In this document: one piece after another, positions 1 through 14,600 of the stretch | Layout of the letters: every line of letters begins with the position of its first letter | Numbering within the stretch: position 1 is the first letter of the stretch | Assembly: GCF_032062105.1 (NCBI RefSeq) | Contig: NW_026927632.1 | Span: 248,001 to 312,000, forward strand | Length of the DNA stretch: 64,000 nt | Reading direction: 5' to 3' | Source of the DNA: Saccostrea cucullata | Lineage: Eukaryota | Program-made: the position numbers and the translations under genes | Notes under the pieces: model-generated | The model's input: only the letters and a program-made list of their open reading frames with translations | Database searches by the model: none | What the model was told of the DNA's origin: nothing

Positions 1-322
1 GTTTGATTTTAACCATCGGCCGAAATTTTAAACACCCTTATTGTCAAACGACGGACGACCGACTTAATAAACTGACTGCCGATAGTCGGACGATGATCGA
101 AGGTTGGTCGACAGATAACTTCAAGTGAAGAAATCGGCCACCGATGCAGAAAATATTATAACTTGGACCGATGGACAAAAAATTGGTCGGCCGACAAAAA
201 AGAGTGGTCAAAATCGGGCAAGACAACGGCCGATGAACTGCCGACTGTCACCCGAAGAATCCCATTTTTGGTTCAAAACCCGTCGGCCGTTGGTCGTTTT
301 TGGAAATGTGACTGGGGTTTAA
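1..322. mobile_element. Right end of a DNA transposon with TCGGCCGA subterminal repeats (Harbinger-like)
   Basis: CpG-rich repeated TCGGCCGA/GTCGG motifs ending in AATGTGACTGGGGTT-TAA; the left end lies outside the window. Confidence 0.45.
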
Positions 323-1145
323 GCGAGATGCCGTAGGGACACCAGACAAAATATTTAGTCCCTACAACATCTGGCTGCGATTAATAATAAGTCAAAAAGC
401 AAAGCCTTAGTAATTTGTGTGTTTACAAAGAAATAACATTTCAGCTCAACTAAATCAAATTGAGTCTAAGTGCAGAAAATTTTCTCTTTCACATCTGTTG
501 TTTTTAAACTTCTGATATTTCCATCTATTTTTTCAGGGAATATGGAGACATTTTAACAAGACCTTATTCTAATTATACATCCTCAATGATATAAATTCAA
601 ATTAATAATTGAGATACATGGCTTCCACATCCTAAAAGGAGAAAAATCAATCAAAATTGAAAATGAGAAACGTAATAAAATATTCAGCACCATTGCGTTT
701 TGAAATTGAACTTCTTCACTGACAATTATGTCAGAGTAAATGATACTTGTGTGGATTGCACTGTCTTCTTGTCGTCCATAATATGATGACGTAAAATATT
801 TTTCATTTGAAAATAATTACTATAATAGTCTAATATTTTTAACCTGTGCGTAAAAATTTCAAAATTCATACGTTTAATCAAATGTAAAATGTCTAATAAT
901 TAAGTTTGAAAATAAATATCTCTATATGCATCCTAAATATCATAACAAATGATTAAGGAAACATCATCATATATAACACCACAAGTCTTAGTCCCATTCA
1001 ATATGAACAGAAGATAATTGACACTATGAATAATTAAATAAGTTTAACACATAAAAAAATCAGCTCCTGACCACTAATAATAATTGTTTTCAGTGATCCA
1101 ACTGCACACGAGGGGAGATCCTTCCTCTACACAGAGTTTCTGTGA

Positions 1146-4129
1146 CTAGCAGGCTCTCGTCCTGACCGCGCGGATCTGACATTCCTCTCCCCCCTGTAGG
1201 ACCTCCCTCTGCTTCTTCTGGACCCCATTAAGACACCCCTCCCAATCCTTCCACTGGCCAAAGAAACAGCGTTCTGAAAGAAAAAAGCATAAATCCTTTA
1301 TAGTAATTTAAAGAGTTTTAGAATTCCAAATTAACAGCATGGTTTCTTAAAGGTTTTTTGGGTGACCTTCTGCGATCTTTTTTCGTTTGTGTCATACGTC
1401 ATGCACATGGTTACGTTACTTACTTTTTTAACTTGTTCTCTGGAACCCCTAAACCATTATATGGATTTTTTTAAAATGGCTACTATGGCTGAAAGAGAAC
1501 ACAATTTGTGCCAAAAATTGTGCCTCCTCCATAATGAAAATGCATTATTTGTGTGAAAATCTTTTATGCACTTTGGTAATTAGCAAACAAACTAAGTGCA
1601 ATATATTGTAACATCTAGCAAGGGTGCTTTTTCCAAAACTTTGTAATTCATAGCCATGAGACTGAAGTTCTGAATAGCCCTGGGGCTCTTATTTTAAATT
1701 GAAAATTCATTAACTCTATGAAAATCCTCATCTCTCCCCTCAGTATTTGGGAAACAAACTGAGTGCATGCATGATAATGAAAAGAAGGGTGCCTCTTGTG
1801 AAAATCATGGCTCCTGATTCAAGGGTTTGCGGTTAGGACAGCTCTCTATTGATTATATGGTGAATATGATGCAAAAATTCTTTGAAAATCCTTGATCCTA
1901 GGCCTGTCCCTGGGTATTTATCATACAAACAATATACCGGTACATGTAGTCTACATGCCTTTGATAAGTCAGCTAGGGTGTCTCTTCTGAAATTGTGAAA
2001 TTCATGGCTCTTGATGAATATCTTGCTCTCGGGGCACATCCACATTAATACTTTTATTTATTTTATTTTATACTACAAAGTGGATTTATTACATCTGTAA
2101 TATAGTAAATATACTAAGGTGATCCATAAAGCCCTTTGGACTCTTTTATTTAAAAAAAATACCACTGAAATATCCCCCACCAAAACTGCCATAAAAAATA
2201 TGAAAAGAAGAAAAACCATGTAAGATTAAGTGAACGTGATATTCTAGTACATTTTATATACAATTTAGTGTCAATCCATGATGTGATTAGTGAAAATGAA
2301 AGAGTGAAATACGATCAATTTGTTCAGGGAATGATTTCACAGCTGCTACACTGATAGAGATTCAGCTGACCACAATATTAATCTATATTCTCTATTCTAA
2401 CAAGACCATTCCGGACTGAAGATTTTTTCATCAATCAAACCTCATTTTCTTCTTTTATTTTCACAGCATTCAAACACATCTGAGGTCTATTTACGAGACT
2501 TTCTGATGACATCTGATCAAATATGGACACAAAAATGGAAATAATAACTTTAAATGAAAAAGAATTGATGTATAAAGGTCAACATGAGGTGAAATGTATT
2601 GATACAGGGCATATGAGGTTATTACACACTCGACACGCACACAAAAAAACACACCCTTTCCCACCCCCCCGCCCCACCCCCCCCCCCCCCCCCCAAATAC
2701 AGACAGACAAACTGACCTCTTCCATCTGGTCTGATACAGAGTCTGTGAATCTCTTTTGTAGATTTACATTTGATGGCGTTTCCCTTCACCAGGGTCAAGA
2801 CTTTGGTCCTCTTCTTAGTCGACGGGTCACATGGTCCCCATGGACTCACTGTGTACTTGCAGGAGTTTCCTATAGTGCATAGTTTTATAAAATGTTATAA
2901 GTATTAATAAAGTAGATGACAGCTAGGGCATTCTGTTAAGTACAGAAGAAGTATGTACATTCACCAGTTTGAACATTGTAATTAAAGTTTAAAAGTAAAA
3001 CCGTACATCATAGGTATTGAACAAATTAACTCATGTACATTTTAAGAAACAATAGCTGGTGCATAGACTCTATAGTTCTAACATTGTATTCACACACATG
3101 GGCTCAGGTCAAGCTAAAAGATTAATGGACATTGAAAAGAATTGTTAGCCTTTGTTCAACACTGATTGCTTCTTCCTCCTGACAAATTACTTGTAGAATG
3201 AATTTCTTGTAGTAAGGGACCATTGCTACAAATTTAAATATTCATTTCCTCTCGCTTCAGTTTTTATTATTTGTTCTGGGGCAGGAATGCAAATGTTCTT
3301 TGGTAAATTAAGCTATTGGTGCAAGGTTTCCATGCCAGAAGTAATAGATTAAGAAATGCGGAAAGCTAGGGGAATCAGTGTTTAGTAGAAGTTTAATTCA
3401 GCTTCTGATTACAAATAAGGTTCATAACTACAAGTGACAGTTTTATTGAGGGAATTGTTTCAGGACAAGACTATTGATGTGTCATGGTATTGCTATAGTA
3501 TCAATATTCAAATTGTTGAAATATCATTTACAACAGAACACCACATTGCAATTAAAGAAACTTTCACAAATATATATAAAAAAAGATGCATGACAATAAA
3601 TGGTGTTTTTAGAAAAAGAAATGTTTTTAAAAAGAAAATCCTCCAATAAAAATTACTCACTCTTTTTCATTCTCCGGCAGTTTTTAGTCAGAGTTCTATA
3701 CTGAGCACAGAATTTAGCACTGTTAGGTTTGAGTCGATCCTGACGTTCTACAAGACCAGTTTTAGGATCACAGCGCCCCCATTTACCAGCCTTGTATTGG
3801 CAGGCTACAAAAGATGACAATAATAAATTACTAGTAGAATATTGTTACAGAAGAATTTTAATATTTTTATAAACTTCAAAGAGATAATAAATAAATAGAT
3901 GAATATTAAACTCATTTTAAAATTAATTGAAACCCTCAACCAAAATTCAGTGTGCATAATCAACTTTGCTTACTTGGGTACTAACATTTTCGGCATGGTT
4001 TACGCATGACCTTTGTTTGTGGGCAGTTATTGGTGTCACCAGAGGTCAAGGTCAGGGTTTTAGCCATTGTGTCAGTGGTAACATCACATGCTTCCCATGG
4101 ACCATCTGTATATCGACAGGTGTTGTTAC
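1146..4129 (-). CDS. Four additional PTN/MK-domain exons (long isoform of the Miple-like gene or 3' part of a tandem paralog)
   Basis: Exons 4129-3986 (GNNTCRYTDGPWEACDVTTDTMAKTLTLTSGDTNNCPQTKVMRKPCRK), 3804-3661 (SCQYKAGKWGRCDPKTGLVERQDRLKPNSAKFCAQYRTLTKNCRRMKK), 2869-2717 (RNSCKYTVSPWGPCDPSTKKRTKVLTLVKGNAIKCKSTKEIHRLCIRPDGR), 1273-1146 (ERCFFGQWKDWEGCLNGVQKKQREVLQGGEECQIRAVRTRAC*). All phase-1 GT-AG with CxY..W..CD motifs. No dedicated start exon was found between 4130 and 11600. Confidence 0.8.
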
Positions 4130-4155
4130 CTGTAATAATAATAATCAACAGTATG

Positions 4156-5798
4156 GTTACCAGTAATAAAAACTTAGATCTGTGTATCCATAGGTAAGGT
4201 TACATGTAATAATAACTTATATCTGTGTATCCATAGGTGACGTTACCTGTAATAATAACTTAGATCTGTGTATCCATAGGTGTGGTTACATGTACCTGTA
4301 ATAATAACTTAGATCTGTGTATCCATAGGTGAGGTTACCTGTAATGATAGTTCTGTGTATCCATAGGTGAGGTTACCTGTAATGATAACTTAGATCTGTG
4401 TATCCATAGGTGAGATTACCTGTAATAATAACTTAGATCTGTGTATCCACGGGTGTGGTAACCTGTAATAATAACTTAGATCTGTGTATCCGTAGGTGTG
4501 GTTACCTGTAATAATAACTTAGATCTGTGTATCCATAGGTGAGGTTACCTGTAATGATAACTTAGATCTGTGTATCCATAGGTGAGGTTACCTGTAATGA
4601 TAACTTAGATCTGTGTATCCATAGGTGAGGTAACCTGTAATAATAACTTATATCTGTGTATCCATAGGTGAGGTTACCTGTAATAATAACTTAGATCTGT
4701 GTATCCATAGGTGTGGTTACCTGTAATAATAACGTAGATCTGTGTATCCATAGGTGAGATTACCTGTAATAATAACTTAGATCAGTGTATCCATAGGTGA
4801 GGTTACCTGTAATAATAACTTATATCTGTGTATCCATAGGTGAGGTTACCTGTAATAATAACTTATATCTGTGTATCCATAGGTGAGGTTACCTGTAATG
4901 ATAACTTAGATCTGTGTATCCATAGGTGAGGTTACCTGTAATAATAACTTAGATCAGTGTATCCATAGGTGAGGTTACCTGTAATAATAACTTAGATCTG
5001 TGTATCCATAGGTGTGGTTACCTGTAATAATAACTTAGATCTGTGTATCCATAGGTGAGGTTACCTGTAATAATAACTTAGATCAGTGTATCCATAGGTG
5101 TGGTAACCTGTAATGATAACTTAGATCTGTGTATCCATAGGTGAGGTTACCTGTAATGATAACTTAGATCTGTGTATCCATAGGTGTGGTTACCTGTAAT
5201 AATAACTTAGATCTGTGTATCCATAGGTGAGGTTACCTGTAATTATAACTTAGATCAGTGTATCCATAGGTGTGGTAACCTGTAATGATAACTTAGATCT
5301 GTGTATCCATAGGTGTGGTTACCTGTAATAATAACTTAGATCTGTGTATCCATAGGTGTGGTTACCTGTAATAATAACTTAGATCTGTGTATCCATAGGT
5401 GAGGTTACCTGTAATAATAATTTAGATCTGTGTATCCATAGGTGAGGTAACCTGTAATAATAACTTAGATCTGTGTATCCATAGGTGAGGTAACCTGTAA
5501 TAATAACTTAGATCTGTGTATCCATAGGTGTGGTAACCTGTAATAATAATTTAGATCTGTGTATCCATAGGTGAGGTAACCTGTAATAATAACTTAGATC
5601 TGTGTATCCATAGGTGAGGTAACCTGTAATAATAACTTAGATCTGTGTATCCATAGGTGTGGTTACCTGTAATAATAACTTAGATCTGTGTATCCATAGA
5701 TGAGGTTACCTGTAATGATAACTTAGATCTGTGTATCCATAGGTGAGGTAACCTGTAATAATAACTTAGATCTCTCTATCCATAGGTGTGGTTACCTG
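4156..5798. repeat. 43-bp minisatellite (~38 copies) derived from the 3' splice site of the exon at 4129
   Basis: Unit TAATAATAACTTAGATCTGTGTATCCATAGGTG(A/T)GGTTACCTG; degenerate copies continue to ~6290. Confidence 0.95.
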
Positions 5799-8101
5799 AA
5801 AAAAAAATGAATTATATATGTGCATTCACAGGTATGTTACATGTAATAATTACTTATAATAACTTATATCTTTGTATCAAAAGATGCGGTTACCATATTA
5901 ATAATGAACAATGTGGTTACCTGCAATAAATTACAATGTAGATTTGTGTATCCACAGGTGCTTTAACCTGTTATAATAAATTACATCTGTGTTTCCACAA
6001 GGTTATGGTTACCTATAAATGCTGTAAAAAATTTTAAATGCAAGGGGCATAACTCTGTCAAAAGAGACCCGATGGTGTCCCAAACAGAACATGACCTAGA
6101 TATTTTTATAATAAATCTGTGTACCAAATTTCATTTCAATATGAGCAACCTCTTCAAAGAAAACGAAAGGAAACTGATGGTGAACCGACAGAGAGATAGC
6201 AGCAGAGCAATATGCCCTCCCTTCTTCAAGGGGGCATAATAAATTGAATCTAAATATCCACAGGTGTATATGTTGTTACCTGTAATAAAATAGATACTGG
6301 TATGGTAATTTTAGCATATGAAACGTGATGAAAAACTTTTCACTGTTACTTCAGGTCCTTAATTCTTCTTTACCGTAGACTAATTGCAGCTTATATAAAT
6401 TAAAGTAACGTTTCCATTGTATTTACTGAACCCTAAAATATGGTCAGCCCTTCTGTGAAAATACTTTAGAGTTAGTTTAGAGGTCTGACTGAAATTTAAC
6501 TGTCCCATGATTAGGACATAAATTACCGAGTTTTGTTATTACATGAGAAAACCAAATCATTGTTCTCTCACACAATTATAGCCCAATTCTGCAGGCTCTG
6601 CAATGGAGTCATTTTGTTTAATGTTGACAACAATTTGCTGTGTATATAGTGTGAAGAAGAATCAAACCAGAAATCCAGTCTTTACAATTAATTTGTTTAC
6701 TTCATTCAAAATCTTAATTCAAATATGTGAGTACCAGCACTTTTATTTAAATGACTTTTTAATATTCCTTTTTTCACAAATGACCTTGGCTTGATTATAT
6801 TAGCATTATTTTCTCAAGTCAGGTACCAGTAGAAATTTAGCCCAGTCCCCCCTTTGTCAAACTATTTTTAGGGAGGATCATATGACACCCCCTCTGATCA
6901 AAAGGGCCTTTGTTAAATAACAGTTTCCAACTCTCTTTTTAAAACTAATATTGCTATTGCATAACAAGCTCAAACTGAAGGACAGGGCACTTATTTAATA
7001 ATATAGTATTGTTGATTTGAATTTCAGGTTCTTGATAAAGATACATTTTAATCAAACAAACATTTTTTTCTGTACAGAAATACCAATGCCAAAGCCTTAT
7101 ATGATCTATAGAAAGCAAGCCATATTAAATTGATACCAACAATTATCTGAGAAAATATTTACACAATGTCACAAAAGATGTAATTTTCTTTACAGACTAA
7201 AATATTGCATCGGCGAGATCAATATTGTTTCATTGCTGGAAGCCTTTTGATGTGTCAATCACAATTTCCCAGACAAAAACTGCTATGCGAATTGGTCCAT
7301 TGACACTTTCTAAGCTCAATACTGCTATCAAGTAATGGGTCCAGACTCTAAAATACCACTGGAAACTGAGTAAACTTATACCATCACAACCACAAAATCA
7401 ATCCTTAAATCCCAAAAATATTAACTAAACATGGAGTTGGTCATCTGCCAGGGTCTAATATAGTGCTGCTTGGAGACAATGAGCCTTTAGACTAGTACAA
7501 TTTATGAAAATGGGAAATTTTAACGTCATATTCTGCAATATAGTTAAAATTATTGGATCAGTAAAATGTAGAAAAAAATCTTTCATTTTCCAATAACCAT
7601 TATTCTACTCTGTCATAAAAAAATCCGTAATTATCTAAAATCCTATTTTTTAAGTATAAAAGTACTTTCATATATTTACTACTGAAAACTATAACCACAG
7701 GCTATCTTGGATTACATTTCACAATCATGGTAATTCTGTCTCAGTCATGTACTTTTCATATACTGGTGTTAGGGTATATTGTATAATTATTCTTGTTCAA
7801 TTATTCAAAACCAATCATTACAACAAAAAATTATTTATTTGTGAGACAAATAGAAGTACGCCTCTATAGTGACGGCAATGAAAAAATAATAGTACATGTA
7901 TTAGACCTTTGCCTATATGACTATGACCTTGATCTTATGTAAAATCAAAATCTTGACTAGACTTAATTTTCTTTTGGTAAAAACATAAACCAAAAATATG
8001 TCCATAGGACTTGAATGTCCCACTGAGGGGATATTAATAATGCAACATGAAAATTTTTATTAGTGCAACTGTGCATAAAACTTTGTAGAGAATATCTTGA
8101 G

Positions 8102-8290
8102 TACAGTGAAACTTGGTTATACTGAAGTCACTGGGATCAGTGAAATTACTTTGCTATATCCGTAATACCTTATATCAGTATAAGTAAATTAAGAAATTCG
8201 TAAAACTTATATAGTTGTGGATTAAAAAAACTTCACGATATCCATGAATTCGCAATATCTGTGTTCATACTAAATGAGTTTTACTGACTA
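8102..8290. mobile_element. Tc1/mariner (pogo/Tigger-like) MITE
   Basis: TA|CAGTGAAACT ... AGTTTTACTG termini; similar degenerate MITEs at ~9095-9290 and ~10319-10490. Confidence 0.5.
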
Positions 8291-10618
8291 GTTTAATTTT
8301 TTGCAGTTGAAACTGAAATCTAAAGAGTTTGATGTAGATGATAAACTCTTACCAAATAATGTATAAGTGCATAAGCTTACATAAAAATATTTCTTTAAAA
8401 ACTAAGAAAAATGCAAATTTAAGAAAAGTGATGTCATGGTCACAGGAAAGTTCAAGGTCAAACATTTTTTATGCAGTTGAATAGCTTACTTGAACATGTA
8501 TCAGCATAATTACGCTTGGTTACGCTATCTTGAATGTTTTTTTTTTAAAACTGAGCTAAACACAAATTTAAGAAAAGTGAGGTCAAGGTAAAAAAAATGT
8601 TGCTGCTGTTGAATAGCTCTTATTAATATGTATCGGCATTGAAGTTTGATAAAAATATCTTGAATTAAGTTTCTTTGAAACTTATAGCTTTGAACTGAGA
8701 TAAATGCAGAGTGTGACAGAAGGACAGATGGAAGAACAGAAGACAAGCATGACAAACACTATATCCCCCTGCCATTCATATTCATGGCAGGGCATAAAAA
8801 TAGTGGTAGATTCTGAGGAAGAACTTTGGGGACTCTTTTAGGTATAATTACAACTTTGCTTATACTTTCTCATCTGATAGCCACATTATTATTAACTATC
8901 TTCATTTCCATCTGGATCCAAGATTGAAAGGATTGGGTATTATATAACATTTTAAACAACCAACCATTGAAATTTTGTCTAACTTTACATACATAATAGT
9001 CTCCTGACTGTAAAAATTCTCTTTATCTTTGTTCCTTTTGAAAGACATAGTAAAATTGTTGTTTTTAATGTTTTGACCTTGTATTTCTAATTGTCTGTGT
9101 ACAAAACTTGTCTGATCCGATCAAACAAGTTTTGTACACACAGATCCAGACAACACTGGTTGCAAAGAGGCAACATCTTAAATTCAACATTTAAAAACAA
9201 TTGAATTCATTGCAATGAGACTTTAAGTTTACATGGTATTAGACAAGGTTTTGGATTACAAAACATCCAGATTTGACAAAGTTTCACTCAATATTTTTTG
9301 TCATCAAAAACCCTCTTTATGTTCATTTTCTCTCTTTCTCTACCTTTATTAGCATCTTTTGAAATAAACTCCAAACAACCCTTCCCAATTTCTTTTGTTG
9401 ATCTTATAGTCACACCTCCTTCATTGTCAAAGGCGTCGGAACGGGATGGGGAGCTAAGCTGCCCCCTTCTTTTTTTTTTTTTGCAAAAATATACACAATC
9501 TAGCCATTTCACATAGGGGCGTAGGATTATCCACCCCCACCCCCTTTCAACAGGCAGAGGTTTCAGTGTAGTCAAACAAGGGTAAGCGGTAGAGTGCGAG
9601 TAAAAACTAGCATTGATAGAAGTTTGATTCTACCCCAACCCTCTCCACCCCAGAATATTGGATTTTCACATTTGGAGTATCACTATTTTCCCTTCTTTTT
9701 TTTTTCGTCATTATGTGAAGTATTTTTTTTGGATTGATTTTTTTCTCTTTCAATTTGCCCCTCCTCCCACTTTCAATTTGCTTCTGTTGCCAATGATTGT
9801 CACAAACTCAATGGGACGGAGTAAAAAAAATTATGATAATCAATAAGGCCATTCTAAAATAATGTTTGCTTGCCCCCTCCCAATGCGGGGTAAAATTATT
9901 GGGTCAATGTTGGTGGGAAAACTTTTTCCAGAAAATTTCAACATATTTGTTACCTGGAAAAGAGGAATAAAAAGAAAATATCATGTCCTGGAATGTAAAA
10001 AAGGTTTCTGAGTCGGGCCATTATAGTCAGTCGGTTGGGAGCTGAGGGCAAGCAAACAATTTATTAAAGATGGCCTAACCAAGAATTCAAGGATAATACT
10101 AATAGAAATAATATGTTGAGACTTCCAAAATCAATTTGACATATCAGATATGATTTAAGGTATGGGTGCTCAAGTTATCTTTACATTTAAGTTCCACTTT
10201 CTATTAAAAAATGATTTCAAAGAATTTAGATCAGAGAAACTAACAATCAGGTATCTTGTTCAGACTATAAAGACAACATTCCAAATATGAATTATGGCCA
10301 CATTCTTCTATATATAAATACAATTAACCTTCGCAATCTCAAATACTGATATTTCGAGTAGCATGGGTATGTCAAAGTGATTTGGAAGTCCCAACTCCTA
10401 ATTCTTTAAGTATTTTATCCTGGATATCTTGAAGTATCTCAAAGTTTTTCTCAGTCGCATTGAGTTTGAGATGACAAGGTTTGTCTGTATAATAAATCCT
10501 TCTGTATTGAATCGACTGGATTTTGTGCACGAGAACTACTTTATATGTATAGAACTATAACACATAATAATTGAAATTTTTCTAAAAACTACAACACAGA
10601 GATCAAGTTTAGAGAGAC

Positions 10619-10624
10619 TTTATT
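10619..10624 (-). terminator. Candidate polyadenylation signal of the short PTN/MK isoform
   Basis: AATAAA on the minus strand about 1 kb past the 11627 stop codon, followed by T/GT-rich sequence. Confidence 0.35.
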
Positions 10625-11626
10625 GACTGATGAGAAGAGAAACCGCACAGATAAAACAATACACACAATGATTAAATACAAAGGCTGTATTGCTTCACAG
10701 CTCATATTATTATAAACAGTTGAAAATTTCTATAAAACACAAAAAGATATAAAAATCTTTGATCACTCTAAATACAGAGGGAAACTTCTGCAGATCACAT
10801 TAATTTTAGCAGAGCCCTAATCACCAGCCAACAAAGAATTTATTGGCAGACCTTAGATTGTTGGTTTAAAGTACAAGCTCTGTTACATTTTTTTCCAAAA
10901 TTCTTGGGACAACTATTCTTTCAGTACATTTAATATCGGTGAGAAAACTAATCTTGTATTGATTTTTTCCATGGTGAATTACAGGATTAAGAATTTATTT
11001 GTGCACCAACCAACAATTCATAGGTTGGCCTGTGTTTAACTTTATCTACATTTTTCAAAGAATTTTTAAAAAAATAAAAATCAACAATTAACAACATTCA
11101 AAACGAAAAGAAAAAAAGTCTTTCCTCATAAAAAATCTTCTGCTCTGTGCAATAGAAAAGTCTCTAACATACATGCATATACAATGTAAAATACTTATAT
11201 GGAAATACATGTTTAAATTCATGCTTACATGGGACTAATTTTATATGTAAAAAAATTATAAATTATGCCTAAAAATGCAGTGAACACTTTATGAACTATG
11301 AATTCCCTCAAGATAAATGATGAATTAACTCATTCCTTGTGCTTTGTCGACTGGTAAAAAAAAAATTGACTAGCTATAGCTAAAGGCTGTCATGTTAAAA
11401 TTCAAAAATTTAAAAAGCATTTATAAACAGCAATCTTATCTTAATAATTTAAAAGCTGGTTATTTTTGTAATTAATCTTGCATTCTGAGAGAGATAAAAA
11501 AAATCCAAAACAAAATTTAAGTAGATGAATCATTGGTGCAATTGAGTCATTAAGTTTGTTCTAAAGAACCAGGGAGCATGAAGCACATGGGAGAGCACAC
11601 ATTAGCACAATGTGCTGGTTTTGTGC

Positions 11627-14600
11627 TTATGCTGTTGGCTCCTCAATCATTGCGGGGGTGGTACCTTCTCTTCTGTTGTGTTTTCTGCCCTTCCTTTCTG
11701 CCCTAGCTGCTTTCCTGGCAGCCTTTTTCTCGGCCTTTGAGAGCTTTTTCCTTTCTTTTCGTGCAGCCTTCTTTGCTGCCTTGTCACCTGAAATTTTAAA
11801 AATTGAAAATGCACATAAACACCTGATTTACTGAAATAAGATTTAAAGCATTGTTCAAAAGTTTTTAAAATATATTTTTCAGAAACTTTTTTTTGAGAAT
11901 AAAAATCACCAAACAATTTCACAAAAAAATAAAATCTCAGCTTTCTAAGGATAGAAGCCTGACCCAACAATTTCACAAAAAAGTATAAACTGCTTTTTAC
12001 TATAAAACCTCCAGTTAAATTTAAAACTGCTACACATTAACTATGAAAAAAAGTCATTAAATCTCTTTGATGCTGGTATGATTAAACACTCTATCAATGA
12101 ACTAATTTTGTTACATAAACCAGCATCAGGATCAGCAAAGTAGGATCAGGATAGAACACAAGCATCAGCATTTAAAAAAACAGCATTCTTGGATCAGCAT
12201 ACAAGCAAAGGATTAGCATTGACCAAAGTGAAAACAGATAAAGGAAAGTCATTTAATACAAATTACAAATAAAAATTACCCCAAAAATTATTTTTAATGG
12301 CTTAAAATTGTGTTTTTGAATTATCCACTTCCGGCAGGATCATTAGCAATAACATTGACCAAGTTTCAAACCAGCATCATAAGGATCAAACCAGGATCAG
12401 GATAAGGATAGCATCAAAATAAAGCATCAAAATCAGCAAGTTTCAGCATTGATGCTGTAACAAAATTATTTCCCTTCACTGTAGGAGCGATCTTGTACAT
12501 TGATCATGCAATATGGATAAAGTAGATTCTGCATTGATTTGGAGCTCTTCTAGACAGTCTCCTCTCAGGGGGATTCAAATGAAAAAGAATGATGTATTCT
12601 GCATAAACACACTAGACCACTCTTTTACATAATATCTCAAGTCTCTACCTAACTGCCTCAAGACATAACATGTTCTTCAAAATAGACTTCTTTACATCTC
12701 TTTCTGACACAGAAAATATTCAGGGCAAATTTTAACCATGTTAACAACTCTTTCAGGACATTTATCAAAACGTAACTACAGCCTTCAAAAGTTCTAACTC
12801 AGCTTTAATGGTCCTTCCTAAACAAGATGTCTGCGTAAGTTAGCACTAGCAGACTTTATTTTATGAACCTTCCAATTAAACCTGGAGGTTGACTGAGTTG
12901 TTTTAATTATCTACATGAAGTAAATTATAACCTAGCTAGCTTAATTCATGAAATCTGGCTGGAGAGTAAGGTAAAAATGATAAGGTGAATAGCTGATGAT
13001 CCTGAAGAGAATTTTTGGCATGTTGATTCAGTTCAATATAGCTAAATCTTTAAGGTATTGATTACACAATGTTTATTAATCCCGGGAAAGTTTGGTATAA
13101 AATCAATTTGGTTAGGGTGTTGAAAAAAACATTATCTATTCAAATTTTACCATTTTAGGAAGTTTTTCATATCTCAATGTAGCTTTTCTATATCAGGTTC
13201 AAAGGAAAAAAAAAATGACCATAAATCTGAAACACAATGTTTGCACTTTAGGAAGATTTTCTAAATTCAATATTGCTTTTCGTTTATATTGTTCACTTCC
13301 AGATATTGATCAATAATTTCAAAGAAGTGAGCCACAAAAGTGAGACTATACATTCATAAAAATCTCGGAAACAGCTTCTTCCTGATAAAACATTCACACC
13401 CTTTAATTTGCAGTAGCTGGGTTTCTCTTGACTAAGATCGATATACCGCACTATCGGTGTAAGCTCTTACCAAAAAAAATCCTTTACATGTTCTGTCCCA
13501 TTTCCTGTAAATTCAGTTTTATTCAATGCCTACCTGGGTAGTTAAGAAAAGGAACGTCTAGTCGTAATAACCTCCGATTTTTTTTTTTTATCAGACTTTA
13601 AAGTGTCAGGTCATCTTATAAGGTTATTAAGGACAAATATACAACTGTACATGTTCCTTGCAGACTTTAATTGACATCAAAGAAAGTGTTTTATTGCCCA
13701 TGTAATCTTTATAGCCTTTTGAGTTTTAATACTTCGTAGAGGTGAGCAGAACAATACAGAACTGACCAAAATATTTTATATCCATTATATTCTTCCTCCT
13801 TTATGACATGCTCCCAATTTATACAAATTCCCTTTTCTGTAAATATCTTGACAGGTTCACTGTTTAAGCTTAGAGAGGCCAGACATCACTTTCTCCACAT
13901 AATACGGGACATAATTACGCTATTCTGCCTAATATGACATTGCCGTGACCCTTTCCCCTAATTAGAGATAATCCTTGGAGAATTTCTCCAATGCTTGTAC
14001 AAATATATTACACCAATCACTATACTCTAACCTGTCACAAAACTAGTAAACAACTTATATCTATATATGAACTATACTGGGAGCCAAGAAAGCGAAAATC
14101 TAATTTATTGTCATGGTAAATGATGTTTAATTTATCTCAAATGTAACCATAGACAAAAATAAGACTGTTTTTGAAATGCACATGAAATAAATACCTCCAT
14201 TTATCTGTCAGAAAGTACAAAATCCTTACATCACAGGAGGATAGGGATTAAGGAAATTAAGATAAGGTACAGCCTTAAGTATGGAGGGAAATTCCCTTTG
14301 CTTTATACAGCTGAGACTTATTTTACGTTAAAAAATATGAACTGACTCCCATCACCATAGATTCTCATCTCTCCTGCCCCCCTCCCCCCTCCCAAACCCA
14401 TCTCTCAATCAGATAGGTGCCTACCTTTGTTCTTACACCTCCTCTTCTCCACTGTGATGGTTTTCTCACACTTGGTTTCGTCGCCTCCTTCCTTCAGCTG
14501 CATAGTTTTAACCATTCTGTTGGTTTCCTGGTTGCACACTGAGCTGACCACATCATATTTGCAGTCTAAAAAATCCAAAAAATATTTAGTTCTATTATAC

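Noticed and set aside
4156-5798. CRISPR-like array
   Set aside because: Units are head-to-tail with no unique spacers, the context is eukaryotic and there are no cas genes; it is a minisatellite.
11627-11787. Histone H1/protamine-like gene suggested by the KAAKKAARK sequence
   Set aside because: It splices in frame to secreted PTN/MK domains and has no globular H1 domain; it is the basic tail.
11610-11976. ORF-track proteins on both strands over this region
   Set aside because: Antisense or off-frame shadows of the Lys/Ala-rich terminal PTN/MK exon (11787-11627).
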